Assembly (NCBI RefSeq): GCF_044704955.1
Contig: NC_091979.1
Location: 317,936,001-318,000,000 of the forward strand
Length of the DNA: 64,000 nucleotides
Direction: 5' to 3'
Source: Pristiophorus japonicus
Lineage: Eukaryota
Below, one piece after another: positions 1 to 12,788 of the stretch. The notes under the pieces are model-generated. The model made no database searches. It was not told the DNA's origin and was given only the letters and a program-made list of their open reading frames with translations. How positions within the stretch are numbered: position 1 is the first letter of the stretch; every line of letters begins with the position of its first letter. The translations under genes and the position numbers were made by a program.

Positions 1-134
1 CCCTTTTTGTTTTTTGCCTTGGGTTTCTCTGCCCTCCACTTTTACTATTCTCCTTTCTATCTTTTGCTTCTGTCTCCATTTTATTCCCCTCTGTCTCCCT
101 GAATAGATTCCCATCCCCCTGCCATATTAATTTA
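1..134 (-). mobile_element. CR1 LINE fragment (ORF1 end/inter-ORF region), cut by window edge
   Basis: Closely matches 48405-48538, which lies in a CR1 upstream of its endonuclease. Confidence 0.75.
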
Positions 135-1104
135 CACACTCTGGTGGCATGAAACAAACAGAATAAAATACAGTACAACACACAACACTGGCCCATCTGA
201 ACAGGCCCCCATCACAAAGTACCCATGACTAAAACACTCCTGTTTGGCTCAATAGGGCACCACTGAATCTGTCCAACAGATTGTACATACGCCTATGATC
301 CATGCAGAAACCTCTCCATTAAATCCCTAAGGCTTGGTTGGGACACACAACACCCCTTCATACCATGCTGTGGTCTTAAGACATGTGTGGGCTGGGATAA
401 TGCTCACCAGTTACCCCTCTGGCTTACTCACTGCTTCTCCCGATGAGGGAGGCTCTCTTTGCTCATAGCTGGTGGTTTCTTCTCTCCGTCCCAGACCGAG
501 TGCTCAGTCCTTGTGTGCGTTGAATGAAACAAGTAAGCTTGGAGGAGGAGAGCGATGGCTGCAACTGCCGTTTCTCTTATACCTGAAAATACTTCTGAAT
601 TCTTCGTGCCAAAATTCAGTCTTTTGCCTGAGGCAGTCCAACTGAAAGAGCAATGAATCCTGTGTCTTTGTTACTGGGCCATTCTGGGGATAAAGGCTCC
701 AATGAGTCTGGGTGGCCAAATGGCTTCCTTTGTCCTGAGGTTCCTGTGCTCTGGGGCTCGCCGTCATTTCGATGGCTTGAGCTCTGACCAATTTACTTGG
801 TCTCTCACTGATGACAAAGGGTCCCATCAGCCATCTTCCTGCAATTTTAGCCATTGACCCATCCCCACCCACCTGATGTGTATTCCTGTGGAACATGTAT
901 GGACCTATCCCAAGTCCGCTGTCTGCTCTTCTGCAGTAACAGAAAATATGGAAAAGCAAAAGTCCAAAATTAAAGTACAAAATGTTTTGAAGTCTGTCGA
1001 TGTTTCTGCCGATTCTTACAATCAGCAATCTCCAAGTGTGTTGCTAATGGTTACTCGAAGGATATGCTGCTTTAATGCAACCAGAATTAGTCAAATTTAG
1101 AAAA

Positions 1105-2495
1105 CCATTGGAGTGCTTAAGCAGCGCTTTAGATGCCTGGACCAGTCAGGAGGCGAGCTCCAAAACCACCCTGAGAAGGTGGCTCAATTCGTGGTGGTGT
1201 GCTCCATGCTGCACAACTTGGCTATCAGGAGGGGACAAGAATTGCCTGAAGTGTCTGACAGTCCACCTCACCACAGAGAGGAAGAGGAGGACAAGGAGGC
1301 AGATGCTGAAATTATGCCAGACAATCAGGCTGGCGCTGAAGCCATGCCCCTGCCCCCCTGTAAACCGCATGAAAGGGCCCGTGGTGGCATGATAGCTGCA
1401 AGAGCCTTAGGTTAGGAGCTCATCAATGAGCGCTTTGCCTGGAAGAATGTTGGTGTTATTTACAAGGCTGACACACTGCTGGGTGTGCAGATCATACATC
1501 AATGGTGGGCATCATGTTGGTGACAGTTAAAGTTTACATTGATTGAAATTAAGTGTAATTATACCCTTTGATGTTAAGGAATCACCAGCATGTAACGGTG
1601 CAGCTACCTGAGCCTATGCGCAACTAGGTTTTGTTGAATAAAAATCATTTAAACCACACAGTTGTCTGAAATCATCAGTATTTCTGTAAAAAACAATCCT
1701 TCCCCTTGCCGTCCTCGCCCCCCCACCCCGCTTTTCCTCCCCACCTCTATCCCTTCCACTTCCCCTCTTGACTCCAAGCCGCCTGGCCGAGGAGCTCCTC
1801 AGGTGATGCTTCATTGTGGAGGGTTGAGGGGGATGACGGCTGAACTGCTGAGTGGACGGATACGGGAGAGGACGATCCCAAGGTGGAAATGTGCTCCGAG
1901 CCAGAAGCAAGATGTTGATCGTGGCTCTCATGTGTCGTGGCAATGGTGGCGTGGCACCTTGGGATGCAATGCTGTGCTCCGGGACCACTGGGAGCTCTCT
2001 GCCATCAGTGTTTCTGGCTACTAGCTCCAGGGCCTCCACCATCCCTTTCATGTTACATCTTATTTGTTGGATAAAAACTCGGTGCCAACAAAGTTCTTGG
2101 TGCTTAGTCGGCTCCTTGCTGCTGGTGAATCTCCCTCGTGCCTCCCACAACAGCCAAACAAGCCCACACCACAGCCACACACCAGTCCCTCTCAGCTCCC
2201 CCTCTCTCTGTCTCCTCTTCTGTGCATGTCATGGTGACCCTTGACCTCCTGAATCGCGGGAATCGAGCGCTAACATGCCATTGCTAAGGATGATGACACT
2301 TTACAGCAGAAGTTCAGAGAGATTTAACGCTACCGTGCATTTCATATCGCTCGCGGTAACGCCTAATTTCAAAAATGCTGACTGGTGCTTTGAGAATGGG
2401 CGAGAAGCCGACGATCTGAAAACCCTTTCTTACCGCCCACGCCGGAAATAACACCAATTTTTGGGCAATATGCACAAAAGTGGAAAATCTAACCC
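1105..2495 (+). mobile_element. PIF/Harbinger DNA transposon remnant (nuclease C-terminus plus one terminus)
   Basis: ORF 1113-1415 LKQRFRCLD...VVVCSMLHNLAIRRG is the HARBI1-type DDE C-terminus. The region ends in Harbinger-like TIR sequence GAAAATCTAACCC at 2483-2495. Confidence 0.8.
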
Positions 2496-2499
2496 ATAG

Positions 2500-2683
2500 T
2501 GTTTAATCAGACTTTAAGATGGAATATAACACATTAGTTATATTGGAAAAACATACAATCGTAACAGGTAGCTGATAGATATTCCGTCTTTAGTTCAAAA
2601 CAATGATTTAAACACAGCATTCGTATCAGTTTTATACATTCATAACAGTTTTATACATTTTTCGGTATCCCTGATTTCTAACA
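2500..2683 (-). repeat. ERV 3' LTR with large internal deletion
   Basis: TG...CA termini on the minus strand, next to the PPT (2684-2696). Its two halves match the two ends of the ~1.55 kb 5' LTR. Confidence 0.85.
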
Positions 2684-2969
2684 TATTCCCCTCCTTGAGA
2701 GAAAGTTATTTTGATCTCTCATTTCCGTACCTCTACTAACCATGCCAACTCTAGATTTTGCTAAGGGTGATTCAAAAATGAAGATTTTCCCCTTTCTTAC
2801 AATCCGTTCCTTTAAACGGGAGAAGCAACCTCTGACCCCTTTCTCAAATTCAATTCACTGTTCCGGTGTTCCAATTGTGCCCTGCCTGGGCTATCCTCTG
2901 TTTCTTGTATCTCTCCTGATCTTACCCCACCTGGGGTTTCCTCTGTGTTGCTTCACATATTCCCTTTTG

Positions 2970-3240
2970 TTGTGTTCAATTAATCAAATATCAAATACAC
3001 TATCATCACAAGTTAGATAATTACCAAGCGTGTGAAATAATTTGAACCTAAGAATGTACTGATATATTAGGCCCAATATCCCACCATTCTGAATGTCGTA
3101 CCAATTGCATCACTTAATTGTGCAGCTTATACTGAAGTATCTCATTTACTGTCAGTTTCACTTCGGTATCGGTTTTGAAAGAGGTTCTGTTAGACCCATA
3201 AAACATGCTACAGGAGGCACCATCAAAACCCTCATACTGG
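2970..3240 (-). pseudogene. env: Putative env remnant (membrane-proximal region plus TM helix)
   Basis: Manual translation gives ...EWWDIGPNISVHS*VQIISH/LVII*LVMIVYLIF, located between integrase and the PPT. Both stops are one change from W and Q codons. Confidence 0.5.
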
Positions 3241-3699
3241 ATTCATACTGGCTTTTCCCACGCTCTGTTACCTACAAAACATAATTATTATAGTTACAAT
3301 TCAGTCTGACAATCAGTAGCACATCAACTAAGTATATACATGTCCAGCAAACATTGATGCAGGTAATGAAAACAGACATTGTACAGAAAGCTGAAGTTTA
3401 ACATCTAATCAACAAGTCATGGACTTAAAAGATTCTCCAAATCTCTATTTTTGTCATTAATTAGATCGTTTCTCGATGGAGTATGTGTTAATTGTCTCAC
3501 TTCCCTGAGCCACATTAACCATTTCACATCTTCTGTTGTCAAGTAACTGAGCATGGCTGAGACCTGTTCGAATGTCTGAAGTAAATGATGACCTCCAGCA
3601 GGAGGGTTCGATAACTGATCATTCTTAACTGGTTCTATAAGATAAAACATGCAATATTTATTCTTTCACGGTTTTCAACTGATTGATATGGTACTATTT

Positions 3700-6600
3700 A
3701 GCCCCCTTGGTCCTCCCCTTTTTCCCCAGGGAATTGCAACAGATAGACCGAAGGACTGACCCCGTCAATAATTGGGAATGGGGCCATCCACCTTGGTTCG
3801 AAGCAATGTTGTTGCTTCCCATAGTTTAGTAGCATTACGATATCTCCCACTTGCTGTTCAAAAGGTCGGAACTGCTTATCGAAGTGTTTCTATGCCTGGC
3901 TTCTTGACTTCCCTGTCTGTCTGGCTACATTTCAAGCCATTTTTGGTTGGCAGTTCCCTGTACTAAGGGTGTAACTGAAGGGGTTAACAGATGGGCTGGC
4001 ATTCGCATTAGTCGCCCAGTCATAGCTTGGTAGGGTGAAATACCCGTTGTGCTATGCGGGGTGGATCTAATAACTATCTGGCACATTGACAGCATGCTAG
4101 ACCATTTGGTGGGGTGATCTGCACCAAATTTGTTTAACATAATTTTCAGAATTCGATTTCCTCTTTCCACCATTCCAGATGATTGTGGACGGTGGGAGAT
4201 GTGAAGTTTATGCAACATACCCATTGTCCGTTGCAGCTCGGTAAAACTTTGTGCGGTATCAGCCTGAATTGGCACTCCCTGCCTGCAGCTCACCTCACCC
4301 AATAATAGGCGAGCTGCTGTCAATACTGTGTTTGTTTTACATGGAAAAGACTCCATCCATTTTGTAAACGTAGCAACTACAACCAGACAATACCACAACC
4401 CAGAAGGTCCTGTAGGCAAGGGCCTATAAAGTCAATTTGAAGGTGAGACCATGGCCCCTCGGGAGGAGGGGGACTACCCAACAGTGCTCGCTTCATGTGG
4501 CACTTGGGTTTTGCTGTAAACAGGGCAGGCAACATTCACTCTATGAGTGACGTCAGTTACACAATTATGATGCCATGCAAATTTGCGTAGTCTCTGAACA
4601 GTTGCATCGGCTGAATAGTGTCCTCCCACCGGGTGTCAGTGGAGGAGATCAAACATTTTGGGTGCCATGGATGGGGGAACACAGACAACTGGGAGATCAG
4701 ATGATAGCCACCGCAAGCAGGGCCCATACATTAACAGGAGGGCAGATTTCCCAGACTGATCTGGAGCCAATTGTGTGTCCACAGCCCATGGAGTGGGCTG
4801 AGACAACGGACATCCATCCCGATGCCATGCAATAACAACCGCATAGGGAAGATAACTGGCCTAGAGACCGGGAGATCGATATCCCCACCTTGAATACTCG
4901 GGACAGACCTTAAGGGAGGGGTAGGAGCTTGCCAGAGGTCACCGTTAACGGTGGCATCTGTAGCAGCATGATCTGCTTGTGAGTTGCTCCGGGTGTGTAA
5001 GTTCAAAGATGCTGAGTGAGACTTCTTCTTACCAACATAAACAGGGGCTGATCGTGTTCCGAGCATACAGCGATAAAGGTAACAAAGTGTTAATCGCATA
5101 GGCACTATCTGGCCAGGCATTAACAGGTATGTCATAAGTCATTTGGATTGCTGTCACCAGGGCTGCAACTTCAGCACATTGAGCAGAGTGGGGAATGCAT
5201 TTATACTTAATTTCTCGGTCAGGCATAACTAATTCAAATCCACTAGGGGTTTTCCATTTCTGTGATAGGATGATCCATCAATGTAAACATCCGTGGCATC
5301 ACCTATTGGAGTAAGAGAGATGGGATGACGGTCGAACTTCAGTGGTGAAAGTGGACATTCATGGCTTCTGCCCTCATAAAATACGAGCTGAGGTAGAGTT
5401 GTCTGCTTTGGCGTTAATTCCAAATCTCTCTGAGTTAATAGAAGTGTCCAATGACTGAGTTGAGCAGAGGAGACCAGCGTGCCCCCCGGTTTAAGTAGAA
5501 GATTCAAGGGAGTGTGGGGGCTATGAATGATCGGTTTATTTAAACTGATAATAAACAAGAATTGTTTGACTGCCCAAAAAGTGGCCAGCAGATGTCACTC
5601 ACACACAGTAAAATTCTTCTCCACGCCAGTCAAAATACGAGAGGCCTACACAATTGGCATAAGTTTACTCTGTACCTCTTGACACAAAATGGCACCAAGA
5701 CTCTGATCGGTGGATCCCATCTCCAGGTGGAAAGGCTGAACTCGGTCAGGCTAATCAGGCATGTGACTTGCATATCGGCAATTTTAAGGAGGGACACCGC
5801 TGTTGTATGTTCGATGATCCAGTCACAGGCCACAGTGTCCTCTTCTCCCTTTAATAGTTCATATAAGGGTTTGGCCAGCTCTGCAAATCTGGGAATGAAC
5901 GAGCGCTGATATCCCACCAGACCCAGAAAGGAGAGAAGTGCTGTTTTGGATACGGGCAATGGTACCTAAAGCATAGCAATCTTATCCTGGTCGGGACTGA
6001 GTCCCTTTGGCCCCACAATAACCCCTAAAAATATCACTTCAGGCAACAACAATTGTGCCTTTTTGGGATTAATGTTCAACCCAGCTTTCGGAAGAAGGTC
6101 TAATAACTCTTCCATGAAGAAAGACTGGATCGACTAGGCTTATATTCACTGGAATTTAGAAGAATGAGAGGAGATCTCATAGAAGCATATAAAAGTCTGA
6201 CGGGATTGGACAGGTTAGATACAGGAAGAATGTTCCCGATGTTGGGGAAGTCCAGAACCAGGGGTCACAGTCTAAGGATAAGGGGTAAGCCATCTAATAC
6301 CGAGATGAGGAGAAACTTTTTCACCCAGAGAATTGTGAACCTGTGGAATTCTCTACCACAGAAAGTTGTTGAGTCCAGTTCGTTGAATATATTCAAAAGG
6401 GAGTTAGATGTGTCCCTTACGACTAAAGGGATCAGGGGGTATGGAGAGAAGGCAGGAGTGGGGTACTGAAGTTACATGATCAGCCATGATCTTATTAAAC
6501 GGCGGTGCAGGCTCGAAGGGCCGAATGGCCTACTCCTGCACCTATTTTCGATGTTTCTATGTTTCAATATGAGTTTGTTTATCAGATGTTGCAAGCAAAA

Positions 6601-7601
6601 GGTCATCAACATACTGCAGCAGACAGTCAGGTCTCAAAAAAGGGTTTAAGTACCTGAGCCATCCGTTTGTGGAATATAGTCGGGGCGTTGTGAAAGCCTT
6701 GAGGCAAACATGTCCTTCATGTTCCTTTGATCTTCAAAGGTGAAAGCAAACTTGTTCTGATCCCTTCCCTTGACAGGGATACTCCAGAACCTGGTTGAAA
6801 TATCAAAGGTGGAGACGTAGCAGCGACCGGGGGGAATTTGGGACAGGAGAATGTGGTCTCCCGATCAACAGAGGCACAAGCTGGAGTAACCGAATTAAGC
6901 TTGCGATAATCAATTGTTAAACGGCAACTATCGTCTAGTTTCCTAACTGGCCAAGTTGGAGAATTAGTAGTAAAAGTGCCAGTGTGAATAACGACCCAAT
7001 AGTAGACCCAACATAAGGTTTCCTCTCAGCTGGAATGGCATACTGCTTAACAGGAGGGTGGGAGGGCCCAATAATCTTCTCCTCCCCTGACATTCTACCA
7101 CAATCGTGTCTGGATTTAGCAAAAACATCTGAAAATTTACACTCAGCAAATCAACCCCGGGGTCTTCAGTCCAGGGAAGGGTGAAGTTCTCGGGTTTTTT
7201 AATCGTATATACCAAATGGGCATCCGAACAGGCCTCGGTGGTCCCTCACTAAAGTGCCACCATAAACAATAGTCGAGAACAGCGTGGTGTGTACGTAATG
7301 TGTCACTCCCGAGAATTCCTTTCTGGTCATAAGTAGTCAGATAAACGGCAGAGCGAACATTAACGGAATCCCCCTTGATAGATAGAACAATAGGAATTAA
7401 CCCCTGATTAGCCACCCGCGTAGCAGCATTAAAACCAGAAAGATTCAGAGCAAGACCTGAATGGGCAGGGTCGTGTAAAATAGTCATGGAAGAGCCGGAG
7501 TCCATGAGCATGACATGGTGGCGGCCTTCATGATCAATAGTTGGTCTGAAGGGTCTCGCATCCTCCTGATACCAAATGGGAGAGGAGGAGGAGTTGGTCA
7601 C
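3700..7601 (-). pseudogene. pol: ERV pro-pol (PR-RT-tether-RNase H-IN), disrupted
   Basis: DSG in ORF 7143-7601; YVDD at 6602-6613; SFLGLVGYQRSFIPRFAELAKPLY (5630-5959); RNase H fragments in ORFs 5229-5558, 5029-5226 and 4731-5135; integrase core in ORF 3925-4419. Confidence 0.9.
6113..6566 (+). mobile_element. 5'-truncated CR1 inserted into the ERV RT domain
   Basis: RGDLIE...FFTQR..NLWNSLP C-terminus followed by a TTCTATGT-type tail. The ERV RT frame resumes on both sides. Confidence 0.95.
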
Positions 7602-7699
7602 TGGTGAGGTTGGTGACCGTCACAGTGTTTGGGAAGGGGTGGATAGTTCTGGCCATGTACCCCCACTACGGGAGGCAGCTGCCACAGTTTGCCCCCCAT

Positions 7700-9432
7700 T
7701 TGATTGTGTTGCATGGTCTCTACCATTGCCGACAAGCACTCCAGTTTCTGTAGCATCTGTCTTGAATCCAGTCTGCTATCGTCTTGACCTGGAGAATGGT
7801 AACGCGGCCCATAATTTGAGCGTCGACTACCTCGACATTCTCGAGAAATGTGACCGGTTTTTTTTACAGTGAAAGCAAGTCACATCGCGTCTGTCCCTCT
7901 CATTGGGAGAGCCCTGTGGTGGTTGGGGATCTGGGTTTAGGGGACCCTCCACCGCTGAAACCCGAGCTTGAGGTCGAAGGGACTTGCTCGGTCCAGGCTT
8001 GAATACAGACTCCCATCAAGTCCACCCACGGGGTCCGTTTATGAACTGCTATTCCCAGAGCATCTCTTATCCCAGGCAAAAAACCGTTCAGAAACTTCAG
8101 TTTGAATTTCTTAGCTTCATTTGCATCTGGATATCATTGGGCCTTTTCGTATTAGCCATATAACCGAGAACGAAAGGAAATAGGGCGCTCATCTGGTGAG
8201 CGCATCCCATCAGCTGGTTAAAGTCAATTGAATCCATACCCAGTCGGACGGACACTGCCTCCAACACATACCACCAATCTCTGTCTGAATCATACACATC
8301 CTGGGGGAGCACATCCCAAAGGTCCTCGGAGACACATCACAACAAAACCTGTTTTAAATCTGCCGTCTCTAATTCAGGATAGCTACGGCGGAACCTGCCC
8401 CAGTTACGGGTCAGGGTGATCGGATTCATCCCCAAGATGACGGGTCCCATCGATTCTACGAGTGCCTTTAATTCATCCGGTTTCAGACTTCTGCTAGTAG
8501 TGGTGACGCTTTCTCTCGGGGGTTGGTCATATGTCCCGGAGACCTCAGAATTAGTGTCAAACTCATCTTCATTATCTGCCTGGGCTGTTGTAATAGTGGT
8601 AGTGATCAGATTAACCTTCTTTGTCTCTGCCGGGGTGTTCCCTCCTGGATAAGGGGGAGGGGGCGTGAGGGTCGGGGGCTGTCCTGACAATAAGAATCTT
8701 TGTGGGATTATTTCTGTTTAGTCAGGCCTTCCGGGTTAACATTGGGGTCTCCCAGTTTAGAGCGAGTGATGGCTGCCACAACAGCTGATTGCTTTCCCAG
8801 TTTCCCCTGCAATTCTAGTATTTTTAATTCACACTGGGAGTGACCAATGCCCACCGGAGGGGGGCTTACAAGATACTCTCTGAGAACTCCTCTTGAGTTC
8901 CTCAGTTGTGAGGACAAGAGTTTAACCTTGGATTTTAAAGACTGGTTTTGCTCAAAGGCCTGCTGATGACGTTGTGAAGCCAGTCGGGCTTCCTCTCCTC
9001 ATGTCGAAGGAAAGAACAGACATTAGCATATCGATCCTGCCAGTCCTGTCATTTTTTTTCAAGTGAAGTATTTTGTTCTAAGCGCTCGAGTTCTTTCGAG
9101 CGGACGGCACACAAGTGGGCCATATTGGGCTGTATATGACTAGCTTCTTTAAGCTTAATCTTCTTCTCATTCACTTGGGATGCTATCCCATCCCAGTGCT
9201 TGGAGTAACTACACCCCTCCTCTTGGACCACTCTAATAACCTCTTTGGCCCTCTGGACCCCGAATTTCTCGGAGAGACTGCTCATGATTTTATGTCTACA
9301 ATGAGCATCCGTGATTTGTTTTTTGGTTTCCGTGACGAAGCACACCCCCATACGGGGTTTCCTACCCAGTCGTTCCACCTGATACCCTTTATGACATTTT
9401 AGAGCAAGTCTGTCTCCAACTCGTTTCTCCAC
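7700..9432 (-). pseudogene. gag: ERV gag, disrupted
   Basis: Coiled-coil-like N-terminal fragments (ORFs 9049-9432, 8708-8917), PPPPY at about 8649-8663, and a frameshifted zinc knuckle CFHCKK/GHISREC at about 7835-7880. Confidence 0.75.
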
Positions 9433-9552
9433 AATAACCTTTTTACAGTCCTGCCCCCGAAGCCAATTGGTTGGAAATAGCCAAGTTTAAGGCTATCTCT
9501 GGTCCCTTTAATAATCAGGATCAACGGTAAAACCAATCTGGTGGATACATTA

Positions 9553-11105
9553 TATTTAATCAGAGTTTAAGACAGAATATAACATATTAGTTATAGAGCA
9601 AAAACATACAACCGTAACAGGTAGTTGATACCGATTCCGATCGGACAAAAGGCTGATACAAGTGAGCAGTACTCTGGCTTGCAGTCTCTTTCTCTCGTCT
9701 AGATCTTCCTTCGGTAAAGCATGGGATCTTTCTCGAAAAGTGTTCAATCAGCTAAATTTCTGTTTCGCCCTTCCCTCACACCATCTATACCATCATTCTT
9801 CAGGAAGCTACTTTTATTCTATTTTTAGGAGTGGGCCTGACCCTGGATATTGACAAGACCGTTTGACCTTTCGAGGTGCCCCTAAAAACTTACTATCCAA
9901 TAAGCTTTCTAGTTCTTTGTCTCAATTCTTGTTTCAACAACCCGCCTTAAAGATGTCTTACAATTTTGGTCACATTTCACTATTTATATCTTATCGAAGT
10001 AGCTTTTCTGTGGAATTCCTTTGATACCTCTCTGTCTCTATTCTCCCAGGAACAATCACTACACAGCCTTATTCCTCTACTCTTTGAACTATGAAGCTGA
10101 TGTGGAGTATTACAAAGATGCTCAACACAAGTCTGTTTTGGAGAAAAGATTTGTTTATTAAGTACTCGATCGAGAGAAAGACAGCTTCTGCACGAGTTCA
10201 GTAACTCGGTGATCCAAACTAGCTGTTCTCCTCGAACAAGCGTCAGGTTACTATTTTTATAGTAACAGTCAAAATACATACAAAATTATGAAGTTCCGTG
10301 TGGAAGCTTTCCATTTGTTGTTTCCCTGCCGCATCACAAAGTTTCGCCTAACTTTATGATTGCAAATATTAATTAGTTAATACAATTATATTGACAGCAA
10401 GCTTCGTTACCTCCCCTGTGCGCCTTTTATCTGATAAGTTACGTGCTACATCATTCTCAGGTCTGCACCTCTTGGCTGATCTGCTCTCAACCAGTTGAGA
10501 TTTTTCTCAATCCGCCTTTGTTTCCCGTAATCATTTATCACCTCATGTGACCTAACCTTGGCCCAACTGTCTGGGTTATACTGTGATAAGGTGATTTATC
10601 TTCCGAAGAGTTGGAGTTTTAACATTTTCCCTGTGTTTCGGAGCACGTATTTCTTTTGTTTCTGACAGCCTTTGTTTTTGGTTGTTAACGTTACTTAATT
10701 AGGTCCCCTTTGATTAATTAGGTTCCCTCTACTTCATTTTTTTTCTACAGAAGCAAAACCAGAAAACTGCTCACCCCAGAGTGTTACCTCTTTTACGACA
10801 TAGCAACATGTTTACCGTAACTCTACAAACTTCCTTTCATTATCTACGCCAGCAGTTTTGTTCAGGTAACTTTAAACCCTACCCGTTGCATTATACATAA
10901 AATACATCAACAAGTATTTAAATTGCCTAGCATCAGGGAGATTGTAAATAGTACAAAAAACTATACCCTCCATTTCTAAGCATTTCTCTGATTCGAATAG
11001 ATATTCCGTCTGCAGTTCAAAACAACGATTTAAACATAATATTCTTATCCGTTTTACACATTCGTGACAGTTTTATACATTTTTAGGAATCCCTGATTTC
11101 GAAAA
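9553..11105 (-). repeat. ERV 5' LTR (~1.55 kb)
   Basis: Both ends match the 3' LTR. Minus-strand AATAAA at 10154-10159. Terminal dinucleotides are decayed and no clear PBS is visible. Confidence 0.75.
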
Positions 11106-11606
11106 AGTGCTGACAATCAGATGCCCCTCACAACCAACAGTAATACAATAACTCATTGATAGTCTATATGTTACAAGCAGTAATAGGTGTAATGTCTCTC
11201 TATCCTACGTGTAACTAGCAGTAATACTTTAACCCACTGATACTCACCCTGAAACCATACCCAGAATCCCCCTGCACTGCACCAGGTGAGGTCAGGCTCC
11301 CCAGTTGAAGCCACATTTAACAGGCCCCATCTCTCTCTCTATCTCCTTGGAATCTGATTTGGTCTCCGGTTCCGTGTGAAGGTGACAATTCTGAACTGGG
11401 AACCTCAGTCTGAGCTGATCTGTATTTGGACTTCACACGTCAAACCCGGCCGGCACAGACCCACCTGAACCAATCCGAGAGATTGCGCAAAGGGCAGTGA
11501 GCTCAGTGTTTGGGGCACTTCTCACAGGGAACATTGTCCTAAACTCAGCTCAGCACCAACATTTCTAAACCATTCCATGTGTTCGGTCTCAATAAAGGAG
11601 GGTTTT

Positions 11607-11810
11607 CATAGAATTATAGAAATGACTACACAGGAGGAGACCATTCGGCCTCGGAGCTCGCACTCTCTTCTGTAATCCCATTCCCCCCAGATCTTATAAC
11701 ATTCTTCCTTTTCAAATATTTATCACGTTCCCTTTAGGTTTTAGAATCCTTGGTTTCTGTTCCATAGTTCCCCATTCGCCCACCACTGGAAATAATCTTT
11801 CACTATTTAC
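11607..11810 (-). mobile_element. Old CR1 3' fragment
   Basis: catagaa...acacaggaggagaccattcggcc is the reverse complement of a CR1 tail, followed by degenerate CR1 3' sequence. Confidence 0.6.
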
Positions 11811-11930
11811 CCACAGTAAGGTCCCCAGGTTTCACTCACCCCTTTACTGGCTGCTCCTCTCTCAGTGTCACTCCCACTCACCACGTTGCTGCTGCTCCCG
11901 GCTCTGGGGGAAATACTGGAACCCACACCC

Positions 11931-12713
11931 ACCCCATTCCCCAGTCTCCCTCTCCCCGAGCCCCCATTCCCCAGTCTCTCTCTCCCCGAGCCCCCATTCC
12001 CCAGTCTCTATCTCCCCGAGCCCCCATTCCCAAGTCTCCCAGTCCCCAATCCCCCATTCCCCAGTCTCCCTCTCCCAGAGCCCCCATTCCCCAGTCTCCC
12101 TCTCTCCCCGAGCCCCCATTCCCCAGTCTCTCTCTCCACGAGGCCCCATTCCCAAGTCTCCCTCTCCCCAAGCCCTCATTCCCCAGTCTCCCGCTCCCCG
12201 AGCCCCCATTCCCCAGTCTCTCTCTCCCCGAGGCCCCATTCCCAAGTCTCCCTCTCCCCAAGCCCTCATTCCCCAGTCTCTCTCTCCCCGAGCCCCCATT
12301 CCCAAGTCTCCCAGTCCCCAAGCCCCCATTCGCCAGTCTCCCGCTCCCTGAGCCCCCATTCCCCAGTCACCGTCTCCCTGAACCCCCATTCCCCAGTCTC
12401 CCTCTCCCCAAGCTCCCATTCCTCAGTCTCCCACTCTCCCCAAGCCCCCATTCCCCAGTCTCCCTCGCCCGGAGCCCCCATTCCCAGTCTCCCTCTTCCC
12501 AAGCCCCCATTCCCCAGTCTCTCCCTCTCTCCCCGAGCCCCCATTCCCCAGTCTCCCTCTCCCCCACCCCCCATTCCCCAGTCTCCCTCTCCACGAGCCC
12601 CCATTCCCCAGTCTCCCTCTCCCTGAGCCCCCATTCCCCAGTCTCTCTCTCCCCAAGCCCCCATTCCCAGTCTCCCTCTCTCCCCCAGCCCCCATTCCCA
12701 GTCTCCCTCTCCT
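11931..12713. repeat. 30-bp minisatellite (CCCCCATTCCCCAGTCTCCCTCTCCCCGAG)n, ~26 copies
   Basis: Direct tandem periodicity. The same unit recurs at 16047-16530. Confidence 0.95.
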
Positions 12714-12721
12714 CCGGCCAC

Positions 12722-12788
12722 CATACATAGAATCATAGAATGGTTGCAGCACGGAAGACGACCATTTGGCCATCCAGCCCGTGCCGAA
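12722..12788 (-). mobile_element. CR1/HER1-type 3' terminus (stem-loop region plus ATTCTATG repeats)
   Basis: Minus strand reads CGGCACGGGCTGGATGGCCAAATGGTCGTCTTCCGTGCTGCAACCATTCTATGATTCTATG. Confidence 0.85.

Larger units (their letters stand above)
2500..11105 (-). mobile_element. Degenerate endogenous retrovirus (LTR-gag-pro-pol-env remnant-LTR), possibly lokiretrovirus-like
   Basis: Paired LTR segments (2500-2577 with 9553-9630; 2578-2683 with about 11000-11105). PPT AAGGAGGGGAATA precedes TG at 2683. Gag has PPPY and CCHC, protease has DSG, RT has QYVDDLLLA, RNase H has YIDGSS/SAQCAEVAAL, integrase has WSHLQIDFIGPLP...HRPQSSGMVER. Many stops and frameshifts. Confidence 0.9.

Noticed and set aside
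504-1100. ORFs of 174 and 74 aa
   Set aside because: No recognisable domain; likely decayed repeat or chance.
9525-9552. ERV primer-binding site
   Set aside because: No recognisable TGG-initiated tRNA complement; too decayed to assign.
11465-11495. CCAAT plus C/EBP-like ATTGCGCAA
   Set aside because: No associated exon or ORF can be supported.
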